Shown here in pieces: positions 1-12,700 of a stretch of 64,000 nt of DNA. A model generated the notes under the pieces. That model did no database searches. It saw only the letters and a list, made by a program, of their open reading frames with translations, and was not told where the DNA came from. The translations under genes and the position numbers were made by a program. Source of the stretch: Lama glama (Eukaryota); NCBI GenBank assembly GCA_028534125.1, contig CM052817.1, positions 98,954,001 through 99,018,000 of the forward strand, given 5' to 3'. Positions within the stretch are counted from its first letter, which is position 1, and the number at the start of each line of letters is the position of its first letter.

Positions 1-2096
1 ACTAAAAACCTCAGTGGTCTTCAAGCATTTCTTGAGATATATATTAAAAAGGGACAGGCAAGAACAACTGCTATGGATACACGGGAATTCCAAAAAGTTG
101 AAAAATCATTTCAGCACAATGTCAGTTCAGGGCTTTAACATCCTTTTGATACCAGTGAATGACAACTATCTAACCCAAAGTATACAATAAGAAACAAATG
201 CACTTACTAAAAGACTTGAAGGAAGAGGGAAGGGCAAGCAGGAGGAAATTATTGAGGGTAAAAAAAAAAACCCCACAAATAACTCAAAATGGAATACCTT
301 GGGAATACCTTTTATAACTGCCGTTTTTGAGATTCAAAAACATAAATCATAAAACTTCCATTAATTTTTTAAAAAATCTCCTTCCTTATAATAAGATTAA
401 AAAATACTCTTTACATAAATACTTATTTATATGCACATTTTTAGCTGCAAAAAAATTAAAACATGCCAGCAGAATGCTAAGCATCTGAGATTTTTCAAAG
501 CCTTTAGGAAAAGTCCTCATTAAGACTGGAGTTAAATACGGTTTGCAGCTAGGGGACAGGAACATTCTTCCTAGGCTGCTCTCAAACCTAACCAATCAAT
601 TATTAGTACTCCCCTAGCAGGCTAGATACATCATTTACATCCAATGTGTGCTCTGAGTAAAATTTGTAAAAAAGAAAATCCACTAAAATGTCGAACACAA
701 TACAATAATATTCAACTCATCTGAGTTATTATAAAATAAATCAGTCACTAACATTCAATTGTTAAGCACCAAATAAGACTATGAAAAGCCTATCCTATGA
801 AGCCTCACATATATTGTCAGGCCAATCCAGGGGGACTCATATTAGTCTTGACAAACTGTCTTGGGGCTGATATCTGTTTTTTTAATGAGATCTATTAAGC
901 AGAGACTAAAACACTTGAGATATGCTAAAAAGTACAGTATACAGATGTCAAATACACACACTTATTAGTAACTTTCATTTGTTTGGTCCAAATGCAGAAC
1001 ATCAACAAATTAAAGCTTTAATACTATAAAGACAATAGCAAATTATTCATAAATAACTCATTTGTGTAACCCCATGTCAGAAATAATTATAACATATATG
1101 AATGTGTGTCTAACAATAAATCTCAGTAAAAGATCACAATATATGTTTTCCCGAAACTAATCCATTAAGGAAATGAATTATTTATTGATAAAAAAGTTAT
1201 ATAAAATTATTCTTATTTCTTATAGAAGTCAAATAATAATGTAACTTATGCAGAAATAATTTGCTTTTCCCAAGAAATTCTAAGCTATCTGAGAATAAAA
1301 ATTCTACAATATAAAGTATTAATCATGTGTTTAGCTAATCTATGAATACTTTAGAAATACTCCAGCAGTTTCCTTTTACTTTCAAAAAATCAAATTTTCT
1401 CTAATGTAAAAATTATGTAAAATCAAGAAAACCAACTTCAACTAAAAGAGAAATTAAATAACTGCTTATTTCAAGATCAAAAGACTTTAATTGTATTATT
1501 TGTGCTTCTTATACTTCTAATTCCCAGGATAATGCTAGTACTCAGTTACATTTTTGCTAATTCTTCTCATACTATGCCATATATAAAAAAGCAACTAAAT
1601 AAAAGCTACTGGTTTCTATAGGATAAATGATTTTTATAAAAAAATCAAATAATAAGATAAAATATTATTTACAAACTTTTAATTATAGAAATAATTGTAT
1701 AACCAGAAGGAATTAGGCGTGTGCACCCCAAATACATATTTCTGCACTCCCACACCAATACTTCCGTCCCCAGGCTTTGAGAAGGCCCAGTTCAGTACCA
1801 GGATACAAAATGCTACAGCTGTACATTCCAGACAGAAATAAAAATTACTGACTCATTCTCTGATTTGATACACAGTTCAAGATGTATTTGATCATATTTT
1901 AATGGAAGAAAGTATGAAAATTAGTTTCATAACTTTTTAATTGTACCTATAATTTAGAGTCAATTCTTCTAAATGTAGATAGTAAAAAGTTTCAAAGGAG
2001 TTACTGTTTGGATTGGCAAAAATGTAATATACAATATCATGGACTTGGAATTTTAAGTATTTTTCATTTTAAATATATGTAATACAGCCTTCTTAT

Positions 2097-2100
<4 letters not shown>

Positions 2101-2142
<42 letters not shown>
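2101..2142. repeat. (AC)21 microsatellite
   Basis: Perfect AC run read directly. Confidence 0.98.
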
Positions 2143-2145
<3 letters not shown>

Positions 2146-3984
2146 TGGATTTAAAATGAACTGGTCTGTTATGTTTGCATGTGCTGGATTTCAAACACTA
2201 GTGGTAATGTTTCCTTAACATTGATATATGACCTTTGTAATTTACATTGAAGAAAGCTGTTTTTTTCAGCCTAATTAGAACTGTTTCAAATTTTCCTGCT
2301 AAATATATGATATAAAGTCCTTTCAACTTTTTTATTCTAGAGTTTCTTTCCATGTCAACTTTGTTCCAATCAAAATATGCTTTGAATTAAATGATTTTGA
2401 TTGAATATGTGGATCACATTTCACTTCTAAGATTTAAAGTCCAAAAAGGAAAAGTTTAGCCTGTTCAAACAAAGCAAGAGCAGCCACTTTGCGGAAAGCT
2501 ATTCACATTTAAGAAGACTGACAAATTGTTTGTGTGCACCATTAGGTCTAGTTTCTGCAATAGTTGCCAGATTTCCTGTCCCCTAATAAGATACATTAAC
2601 TCCTTAAATGCTGGCTCTGAATTTCTGATGAATCTGAGTAACTTTAGCAAATTTTTTATTTACCTATAATTTCCATTTTTGAAATAAATTGAAAAAAATA
2701 GAAAAGAAAATCTGCCATTAATATCAAATTTTTCAAAGGTCTCAGAAAAATCACCATTTTTTTCGTATTGGACAGACACAGATTCAGAATGTGAATGTGC
2801 TTTCCAAGTGGGATTTTTTCCAGAAGTGATAAATCCACATTAATCCTCATTTTTGAAAAAAAATGCATTAATTAACCTATTTAAGGATTACTTGTTCAGG
2901 TGAAGCACAACAGTCAACTTACTGAAGTACTGGAGGAACTATAATCTACTAACATGAGCTTAACATTCTCCCATACTGATTACAAATACATCACAGTGCT
3001 TCAGAATTCAGATATTTACCTTAATACAAATATTTAACAAAAATGTGAAACAAATTTTATATTATTTACTAAGAAAAGTTTACTTTGGGGGCTTAAATAT
3101 GTGTGAGGCTGTGACATTAAGAATAATGAGTCATATATGTTTTCAATAAAAGGGTGAGCAAATGGATAAATACATGGATATACAATAGAAGTTACTTCAT
3201 TGTAAAAAAACGAAGTTATGAATGCCAAAGGAGAGGGAAAGGAGGGTCAAGGATTTAGAGGAAAAAACTGAGGGATGCTGAGAATAAAAATTATTTCTGA
3301 TAGTTCTAAAAAATAAAAATTAGTCAACAACACATTGAAGTTCAGGCTGCAAGGCAGACAGAGAAATCACTGGGGTAGTTTGGTACTTCTAAACTGCCCT
3401 TGAACTGTTGGGCAGAAGAGAGATTCTGGAGCCACCAGCACACTGTTCATTTGTACGTTTATACCATTACTGAAGAAATGTGTGAGTTAGTATCGTACCT
3501 TGATATAACCATCAAACACTCGTGCATCTTTTGGCAGGAGAATCATTCTGTCTACGATTGTTATTGTGTAGTTTTAAATGGAGTAGTCAACCAGCTGTTA
3601 TATATTTTACACACTGAAGGCCATGTTTCCTTTGAAATTCATAGTTTTAATCTCAACTGAAGTCTGTATTGCTGTGTGCCAAGATCAAAAGGATTAGGCA
3701 AACTTGTACAATTACCCTCCTTTTTAGAGATGATTTTTTTCTAGTATTTAAAACAGTCCTATATGCTGACATTTTATCCAACTATTTTCTTTAGAGCTAC
3801 AGAACATTAAAACATTTAATTAACATTTCAACCTTAGGTCACTCTTAATCTAAAATCTAGGAATTCACAATATACAGATATGTTAAACTAGTCATGGTGT
3901 AACATACACAGGGAGAGGGAGCTTTTAAGAAAAATCTATTAATAAGGAACAATTGAGAGCAACTACATCAAAGGATAGATATAT

Positions 3985-4790
3985 CCATCTATTTTATTAT
4001 TTGTTTGCATGTTGCATGCCCTCATTCAGAAAATATTTCACAGAGCTTACAATGAGGCATAGACATCAAGATAAAATCAATGTAACTTAAGAGAAGTAAG
4101 GCAATGCAAAAAGAAGGATAAGTAGTACATGAAAATCATGCCATGAAATTCTATAGACTTAGCACTGTGCCATGCATTTGGCGCTAAGCTTTCTAGCAGG
4201 CAACATAAAGAAAGAAACACGAACACTTCCAAGAGTTAAGTGACTATAATGTAAAAACAAACCAGATGGCCTAGAAAAACACATTATTTCTATTCCTCAG
4301 ATAAGAAATTCCTCCCCTGGCAATATGATGGAATCCAGGTATGTGTCTCTCAGAGGGACTGACTTAATCCTGGATAGATTTAAAGTATAGACAAATGGAG
4401 AGACTACGTATTCTTCAGGCAATCCTGCACAAACATTATTTCTCTTAGGTGAGGCTCTGAATGTTAAATTCTGCATTACACTCCATGACACGTACCTGGA
4501 ATGCAGCCATTTTGTTTTGTCAGTAAATGCAGAGCCACATGGTTCAACAACAGCTAAACTGAGTCACAGGACTGATAATCTCTTAAAAATGTGAAGAGCA
4601 GAAGGAGGAAGACACAAACAAGGTTTCTACGGAAGGCAAGCCTGCCTTCACTTGGAAGGGATAGTGGCCTTCCCTAAGACAGCTTCAAGATTCTCCTCAG
4701 AAAGAAATTCTGGATAAACCTCCCCACACAGATGAACGGCCTCCAGTAAAAGCCTCCAAATGCCAACGGTGATGTCCAAATACTTATAGA
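3985..4790 (-). mobile_element. Ancient L4 (RTE-X clade) LINE 3' fragment
   Basis: 'tttattatttgtttgcatg...cagagcttacaa' and 'tttggcgctaagctttctagcaggcaac' resemble the L4_Mam 3' end as I recall it. The minus ORF 4297-4491 (KRNNVCAGLPEEYVV) looks like a decayed C-terminal Cys motif. Confidence 0.5.
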
Positions 4791-5529
4791 TGTTATAATA
4801 TTTAAAACCACTGTATTAAATGTTCAACCCTTTAAAAAGAATTGGTCAAGTATTCCTAGAAAATTAACTTTGACTATTGTAAACTTCTGTTATGCTAAGA
4901 TAAACTAGTTATAAAAATACATACTTTAGTAATTAAAATATGAATCTAAAATTCTTAATTATCTAGGTACAGGAAAAAAAGAATAGGTTTCCTCTTCAAC
5001 AACCATAGAACAATGTATTAATCTGCTGTGAACTTCTGGAGGTTTTATTTTATAGACAGTTATTAAAAGAAGAAAAACAAAACCAAAAAAATTTAATCCC
5101 TTCCCATTTGCTTATCCACACAGATCTGATAAATACTAGCAGTCTCTTGCCTTTGAAGATGGCCAGACCAGAATCCCTACTTATTGCCAGATGTAGTTTA
5201 ATCCCATAGGGACTCCAGATAAAAACAAGGGGCTGTCTTCATGGCACCAATGATTCCTTGGACTGCCTGCCGTAAACTTATATTGGCAAATCAAAATCCT
5301 TGGCAACACAGAACACTTATTATATCACCACTTCCAAGCATATCCAATAAAAAAAAAACCTGAACTAAAGCATATGAATGCAAAAGTTGCTGAATATTTT
5401 TAGAGCACTGACAAGCTCAGCCAGAGAGCACATCTGCACTGACGTTGTGTGTGCAATTGTATACACGTGCATTACGTGGGGCTAAATGTCTTTTTTCATT
5501 CTACAACTTTCAATGAATATCAGCAGCTC

Positions 5530-5860
5530 TGTCATCCATTCAGTCAACAAACCTTTACTGATTGCTTACCATAAACTCCGATCTATACTAGAGTCTAGGG
5601 GTAATGAGATGAGATATCCCTTTGGGGGAAGGTAGGGAGGCAAGAAGTCATCTCTATGACAATTACAACAGTTTACATGACAGGTACTGAGAGCCCCAGT
5701 CAAGAAAGTAACAGTGGGAGTGAAGAAGAGGGGACAGATTTCACGAAGACCGAAGATAGTAGTTATCACTTTTACCACCAATTGATTACCAGCGTGAGAG
5801 GGGAAGGAAAGGGAGTTCAGGATGGCACCCAGATTTCAAGTTTGGACCTTAACCATATCA
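5530..5860 (-). mobile_element. L2 fragment
   Basis: 'catccattcagtcaacaaacctttactgattgcttacc' is the reverse complement of the L2 3' tail. Confidence 0.6.
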
Positions 5861-6139
5861 GAGAAGGAACAATTTATATAGCAAAGGATTAATTCAATTT
5901 TGAACTGAGTATTAATATTTTGAACTTTCTTTTATAGGTTTGAATTTAACCCTAAGCCTTTTTTTTGGATCTAAGGCTGCTAATTATAACAGGAATTTGT
6001 ATACAATTTCAATATTAAAATGTGTTCATGTTCAATACTGGAATGTTCGAGCCAAAAAAATTCTGGGTTACAAAATAACCACCAAGACTTTATACCAGTG
6101 ACTTCAATAGGAATACAAGGCAAGCCAGGTATGTAACTT

Positions 6140-6330
6140 TAATATAGTATATTTAGTCAAAAATATCATTTAAACATATCATAAATATAAACATTACTTT
6201 GTATTAAATCTTAGAAATTTGGTATGCTTTTTACACTTACAACATACAGCACATCTCAGTTCAGACTAGCACATGTCAAGTGACCAGTAACCACACGTAA
6301 CTAGTGGTTACAACATTGGGCAGCAAAGCT
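6140..6330. mobile_element. hAT-Charlie MITE (MER33/MER3-like)
   Basis: 'cagcacatctcagttcagactagcacatgtcaagtgaccagtaaccacacgtaactagtggttacaacattgggcagcaaag' resembles the MER33 end. Confidence 0.7.
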
Positions 6331-7989
6331 TTACTCAGTTCCAAATACTGAATATGCATTCAGATTTTTATGGCATTTTGATATAAGACAGAATTCAGGC
6401 TTTAACAATATTTAAGCTTCTTAACAAATAGATCTGCCTACTAAAAATACCGATAAACCTTACAAAGCACCCGCAGACTAGAAAATGACCTTTGATGCAG
6501 TTTTGAAGTTGTCTTTACAATTCTCAGTGCCATGAAGAATGACTGTGTCTTTGGACATGGCAGCAGAAATATAATACCTTCAACTTTGAAACAGACATAA
6601 GTGTTCTGCAATGTACATCCTTTAGTCATTTACCTGAAGAAATGTGGCAGCATTCAAAACACGGCACTGTGACTACTCTCTCTAACAATAAAGGTAAACA
6701 GCTGATTTTATCAGTTATGATGTTACCTATATACACTCCATCCTTAAAAGTCCTTGGTTAGAACTTTTTACATATTATCTACTCAGCTCTATCAGCTATG
6801 TACTTTAAGAACTAACACAGAGCCATAGACTACACTTGAGCACTGGGAACATAATGTTTGCGGAAGTGAGATATATGAAATTTGTAGACAATGTGGGTGC
6901 ATTCATACACCTCGTCAAAATCACTTCATTTTAGTAGCAGTGGAAACCAGCCTCTGTTTGCCCACTCCTGGAAATCCCATAATCTCTAAAACAACAACCT
7001 ATGAGTCTCTAAATCACAATAAATTGTAGGTACGATTCTTTCTGAATTATCAATGGAGTAATGACTGGTTAATAGAGTCAGTTTTGTTTAATTATTTTTA
7101 TGTAGCCACGAGTACACAGACAGTATGAGATCAACAGTCTAAACTCCTTGAAAGATTTAACTGAATTTGTTATTTATGCTTCCTTATCTCACTTTCACTT
7201 CTTAACTAATCTCTTGTCTATTACAGGTCCACCACTGAAGATGCTTTTGCTGAGATCACCACCTCCAATTGTCAGAATCCAGTGGAAGCTTCTCCTTCCT
7301 CACTTGGCCTCTCTGCGTTAAGGCATGTATGCTTCTAACTGTGTCTTCTCAAAGCTTCCGTGATAACGTCCCTGTAGGTTTTCTTTTTACATTTCTGATC
7401 CTTCTCACTTTTTATAATGTAAGGTCTTTTTCCTCTGTTACATCTTCAGTGTTCCCTCTCCTCAAGATTCAGTCCCAGGCCCTTGTTTCTGATATAACTC
7501 ACGCTAATGAGTTAGACTTCAACTACCCTGACCGGCTTTTCTGACCATCTCCAGAGTTTCAAGTCCAAAACGTCAACTGCCCATTAGGCTACTTCTTTTC
7601 CTGTGCCTCCGGTAACTCAAACCTAATATAGCAAAAAAAAGGAAAAAAAGGAATAATTTTTCCTTTTAAACTTGCTTTCTTGCTTGCTTTTTTGATTATG
7701 GAAGCAGAACTTCATCCAGTCAGTCAAATTTGAAAGGTGCCAGTCATCCTGGCTTCTCCTTTTCCCTCTCCCTCCAAAACATTATCTAATCAGATAACTA
7801 GCCTCCAAAATATCTTTCAAATTTGTTCTTTCTTTTCCTTCTGCTGTGACTGTCTTGGCTTTGTTATTTCTTGGCTCACTTATTCTAACACTATCCAAAC
7901 TGTTCTCTTTATCTTTAAAATCTGCCCCTCTCCATTCAGTTCCTATCATGACTCTCCTTAGGACTTTTTTACAGTTCTCTTTCCTCTAA

Positions 7990-8181
7990 AGCAGTGGATC
8001 TCTAACTTTAACATCCACTAAAAGCATCTGGAGGACTTGCTGAAACACAGATTGCTGGGCTCCCACCCACAGACTTTCTGTTTCTGTAGATCTGGAGCTG
8101 AACCCAAGATTTGCCTTTTTAACAAGTTCTCAGGTAATGCTGATGCTTTTGGTCTGGCAACCACCTTGTGGCCACCACTAC
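7990..8181. mobile_element. MER5A (hAT-Charlie)
   Basis: 'cagtggatctctaacttt...acacagattgctgggctcccacc...tttaacaagttctcaggtaatgctgatgct...ccacta' follows the MER5A consensus with cagtgg terminal repeats. Confidence 0.85.
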
Positions 8182-8519
8182 CCCAAAGAAAAAAGTCTAT
8201 CTGACTTACAAGGCATTTCAGTTGTTCACAGAATCTGCCCCCAGTCTTATTTGTCCACAGGTCTCACTCACTCACATTTCTACACACACACTGCACTCCA
8301 CCTTCTAAGTCCAGCTCACTTACTATTCTATAACAGCAACAAGATCTTTGCTTTGTAGCTCTGTAATGCCCCCTCTGTTATCTTCCTCCCTTCCTGGCAA
8401 ACTACAACTCATTCTTAAACACCAAGATCAAATGTAATTTCCTTGGTTAAGCCTCCCCCAAACTTCCCAAGGAGGCAAAACAGGGCATTTCCTTCCCGTC
8501 TCAGAGTGAAAAAAAAAAA

Positions 8520-8665
8520 AACTGTAACAATGTATGGTGAGGGATGTTAAGTAGACTTGCGGTGATCATGTCACAAATATACAGATATTGAATCATTTTG
8601 TTGTAGAGCCAAAAGTAACATGTTATATATCAATTATAGCTCAATAAAAATTAATATTAAAAATT
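8520..8665 (+). mobile_element. L1 3' end (L1MA9/laurasiatherian type)
   Basis: 'tgtaacaatgtatggtgagggatgttaagtagacttgcggtgatcat...tatatatcaattatagctcaataaaaa'. Confidence 0.75.
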
Positions 8666-9534
8666 ATACACACAAAAACAAATAAAATGTTAAATGCTTT
8701 AGTGGTAGCATATGCTCTTTCACGGTACTACCACAAGTTATTGTATTATTCACTATATTACATTATATATTATCACAAGATACATATTTACTTGTTTAGT
8801 TTCTTATTTAGTGTCCATCTCCCTCACCGAACAATAAGGTCCAAAAGGGCAGGTACTAGGTTGTCTTTCTTACTGTTATATTCCCCAAAACTAGTAAGTA
8901 GTAGGCACTTACAAAATATCTGTTGAATGAATAAATAAATACACCACTTAATCTATTTCTCTAATTAGTTACTGCCATGTCTGTTTGATCTTCATAATGA
9001 CAGCCCCAAAGGACAGGTGTCATATTCTTCCAATTTTGTGATCACAGACCTAATTACCTAGTAGACCCCTAATAAATGTCTGTTGAATGAATGAATGGCA
9101 TTTAAGAAATTCTTGTGATTTAGCACAATTCAGTGTCTATGCGGAGGGACTATGATCTTAAAGCACAGTATAAGAAGCATGAAATTGACCATAGAAACTT
9201 TACCCAGTTGATACTGTGCTAATTTGGCCAAGTTTAGAAAATGTGAAGAATTTCTGTGATTACTAGCCATTACAAATGAGTTGTCTACAGTTAACCATAC
9301 AATCAAATTTAGGGTAGGATGATTACAGGGAAAGAAGAAAAAGTGAAGTGGCTATTACAGCATCATCTTTCAATGTTTTATTTTCTCTTGAACAATGTCA
9401 GGAAGATGAGTGCAGATAATGTCCTTCATAAACTTGACAAAGCCTCTAGAAGGACAATATATTATGCAAGGAGAATGCATCTGAAGGTCAACCTAGAAGA
9501 AACTCTCTGATCAACTAAACAACAATATAACAAT

Positions 9535-9765
9535 AACATCAGCATTTAACACTTAGTGAGCACTTATGATGTGCCTAGTTTTATTTTAAATGTTTTACAC
9601 AGATTATTTTATTTAATCTTCACAATAATCCTATGAGATAAGCACTACAATCCTAATAAATACTGTTTACAAAAGAGGCTAAAAACATTAAGTAAACTGA
9701 CTAATGCCACACAGCTAGTAAATGTCAGAGTTGCCACCTAAACCCAGATCTGACTCTGAAGCCAT
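9535..9765 (-). mobile_element. MIR SINE
   Basis: 'gagcacttatgatgtgcc...atttaatcttcacaataatcctatgagata...ccacacagctagtaaatgtcagag' is the reverse complement of the MIR core. Confidence 0.85.
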
Positions 9766-12700
9766 GTTACAACACATCCTTTTGTAAAATTATGAAACAG
9801 AATGGTATATGCCAAAGCTGCATTCTAAAAATACGAAGCCATTTCATACCAAGAATTATTTTTAAGGGGTTTCACATATAGTATTTGGTAACACTAGAAT
9901 TAAGTATTGCTGAATATGAACTAAATCTAATGTGCCATGTCGACCCGGAGGCTTTATTTACAGATTTCACTGTTCTTTCAGCTGGTTTTCACCTTTACAC
10001 CTGCCTTTCAAAACTAAAACTTTCACCTGTACTACAGTTTATTTTTCTGTCTTCCTGACCGGTAGCTGAATTCCTGGAAGGCAGAGATTATATCTCATCA
10101 TTGGAACTGAGCATATAGTAAATACTCAATAAGTATTTACAGAGCTAAATAAGAGATTTATAATCTAGGCTTCTTTTCATTATTTATTAGGAGATTTTTT
10201 AAAAATCAAATTAAAAAAAAATCAGCCTTTAAAGCAAGACAGAGAATACCAACATACTAGTTAATTGCCAAGTCCAAAGACCCTCAATAAAGAAGCAATC
10301 CATTAAACTATTTTGGGATAAGAATTACCAGTAAGAGATCAACTCATGCTGCTAATTTCTGAACAACCATGACCATTAGCAATTAAAAAAATGCAATTTC
10401 ATGTACTTTATTGTGTATCATATTTTGTTTCGACACATGAACTATTTGATTCCTTTAAATCAAACTACTGTGAAAAAAGAAAGGAGAAAATTTCTCTCAT
10501 TTCCTATTTAAATAAACATTTTCATTTAACTACCAAACTTGATACATGTTTTTGTTAATTTAGGGAAAACGTTTTAAATACTTGTATGTAATAACACTGT
10601 CTCAAACTATCTACTTAGGACACCAATTACACGTTTTTCTTTTATATTTTCAAATGATAGCACAAATATTATTTACTTTTATGATTTTAATATCTCTTAA
10701 GTGTGCCACTTGGCAAACACTTTTAAGTTGAACTACTTGAATAAGCAATGTCAAACAAATATATCTGTTTTGAGGCATTTTTTAAGCTTTTCAGATAACT
10801 GCCATGATAAGCTGGTAAGACACACTAGAATACTATAAAATCAGAGCTGGAACCACTATCTTGATTAGGTTAGAAGAACTGGGTCAAGGACATAGATATA
10901 TTCACTCTGAGAGACCACCGTTTTCCCCCTTTGTTGTTCAAAAATATAACTCTTCTTTATAGAATGTCTACATTTTCAGTTAAATTCAACTCAAGGTATG
11001 CAGTTATAAGGCCAGAATCTATCAAAGATCTTATTATCAATAGAAGCACTTAAATTTTTCTTAAATATGCAGGGGAAAAGACAAACAGCAAGGCAAGAGT
11101 TAACTGAAACATTCCTCTTTAGAGCCACGGCGGCGACGTTGAGGAGTGGGGGCTGGTGGACGGTGGGAGGAGGGAGAAGGCAGAGAGACGCAGAGTTAAT
11201 CAGGGAGCAAATCCAAAGCCAGGCATGGATAGGCCTCACTAATGAGCCTCAAGGACCCTGCAGTGGTTTTCAAACTTAACTGGCTTCAAACGATGCCACC
11301 CCATGACAGAATGCAGCTAGCCAGAAGAGGAGGGTGATTAGAATAAATGACGAGAGTAATTAACTCTGATGTGAAACCACCTGATTGGAAAAGAGAAGCC
11401 AAGAGCTATTTAGCTGATGGTCCTCCAGGAGAAAAAGGAAGCTTTCCCTTTCTCTTGTGTGGGTGTTCAGTTAGAACTCAACTCTTTCAAGTAGGTATTT
11501 GGTAGCACTAATGAAAAGCAGCTTTCATTCAAGGGCCTTCCCATTCATTTTGAAAGGGGAAGAAAATAAAAGCTTCAAAGTAGAACTAATTTACTTTACT
11601 CCCCTACCTCTTAGTGGATTTTGCATTAGTGAAGTCTGCATTAGTGTTTATGCTAACAATCTGCCTCCAAATAACACCATCAAATACCAAAAATTATTAT
11701 TTCTGAAATAACCAGAAAGGAATATTTATAACTCAAAAAAATTTTCCCTTCTTTAAAAATATTTTACATCACATGTACATCTTGAATAAATTTTATTTAT
11801 CAATCATACTGAATAAAGTTGGAAAAAATGTTTTGCATAGAAAACTTTAAACTCATAATAATTGCTGATCAGTGTCAAGACTTCCTTTACATTGTCATTG
11901 GGATCATTCTTCCTCCAGCAACAGACTCTCGAGTAACAGAAGGATATGAAGTATGAACGGTGTAATTTGTTTTTGAAGAGGAAACAAACCAAAAAAAAAA
12001 AAAGAATATGGTATCACAAGGAAAGAAAGAGAACATATTTTTGCAAAAAAGACAGCTTTCCAACGGTGCAAATTGAGCCAAAGGATCCACCACACTCTCT
12101 AGTCTGCTTTATTTTACAAAGACGGGAATTACAAAGACTGGGGGCATTACTACCTGCTGTTTTACAAGTCATCATCAATTCATTGGGCCAATGTTGTTCT
12201 GTACCTGCTGAGTTAATGTTCCCCGACACACCCCTCCCTGTAAAACAAGTTCACAAGCTGCCCAGCAACAACTACAGTGTAGTAGCACATGTAACTTGTT
12301 TATGTTACAAATGTTTATGCCTAAACTCAGATTTATTTGACAGCTTTACACCTTTGGGCATGATATAATTAAATGTTTTGACAGCGAAACAAAAACTGTA
12401 TAAAATTTAAAGCTATTAGGAGCTCAGCATCTAGAATCAAAATGAAGTAATTTGCTTATACCCTAAACCACTTTTAGTGATGCATTCCAACGAAAGGCAC
12501 AAAGGGATGGGCAAATGTCTATCCAAATGTTTTAGCTAATTCTTTCACATTTCTTCCGTGAAGAATATTCCCTTTATAAATATTGATAATGACTTTAATA
12601 TCAACCAAGGGAACTTAAGGAGATTTAAGATTATCAATACAACCCTTACACTCCATCTTTGGCTACTTTCCATCATTTTAGAAGCAGCAATATTAAAAAG

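Larger units (their letters stand above)
7200..8940 (+). mobile_element. Fragmented L2 (3' part), interrupted by MER5A and an L1 3' end
   Basis: Pyrimidine-rich L2-like body ending in 'gtagtaggcacttacaaaatatctgttgaatgaataaataaat'. Confidence 0.7.

Noticed and set aside
291..311. Direct repeat ggaatacctt x2
   Set aside because: A simple slippage duplication with no sign of an array or function.
11946..12368. 140-aa ATG ORF on the plus strand
   Set aside because: It runs through a poly-A tract and has no recognisable domain. The region is better explained as non-coding regulatory sequence.
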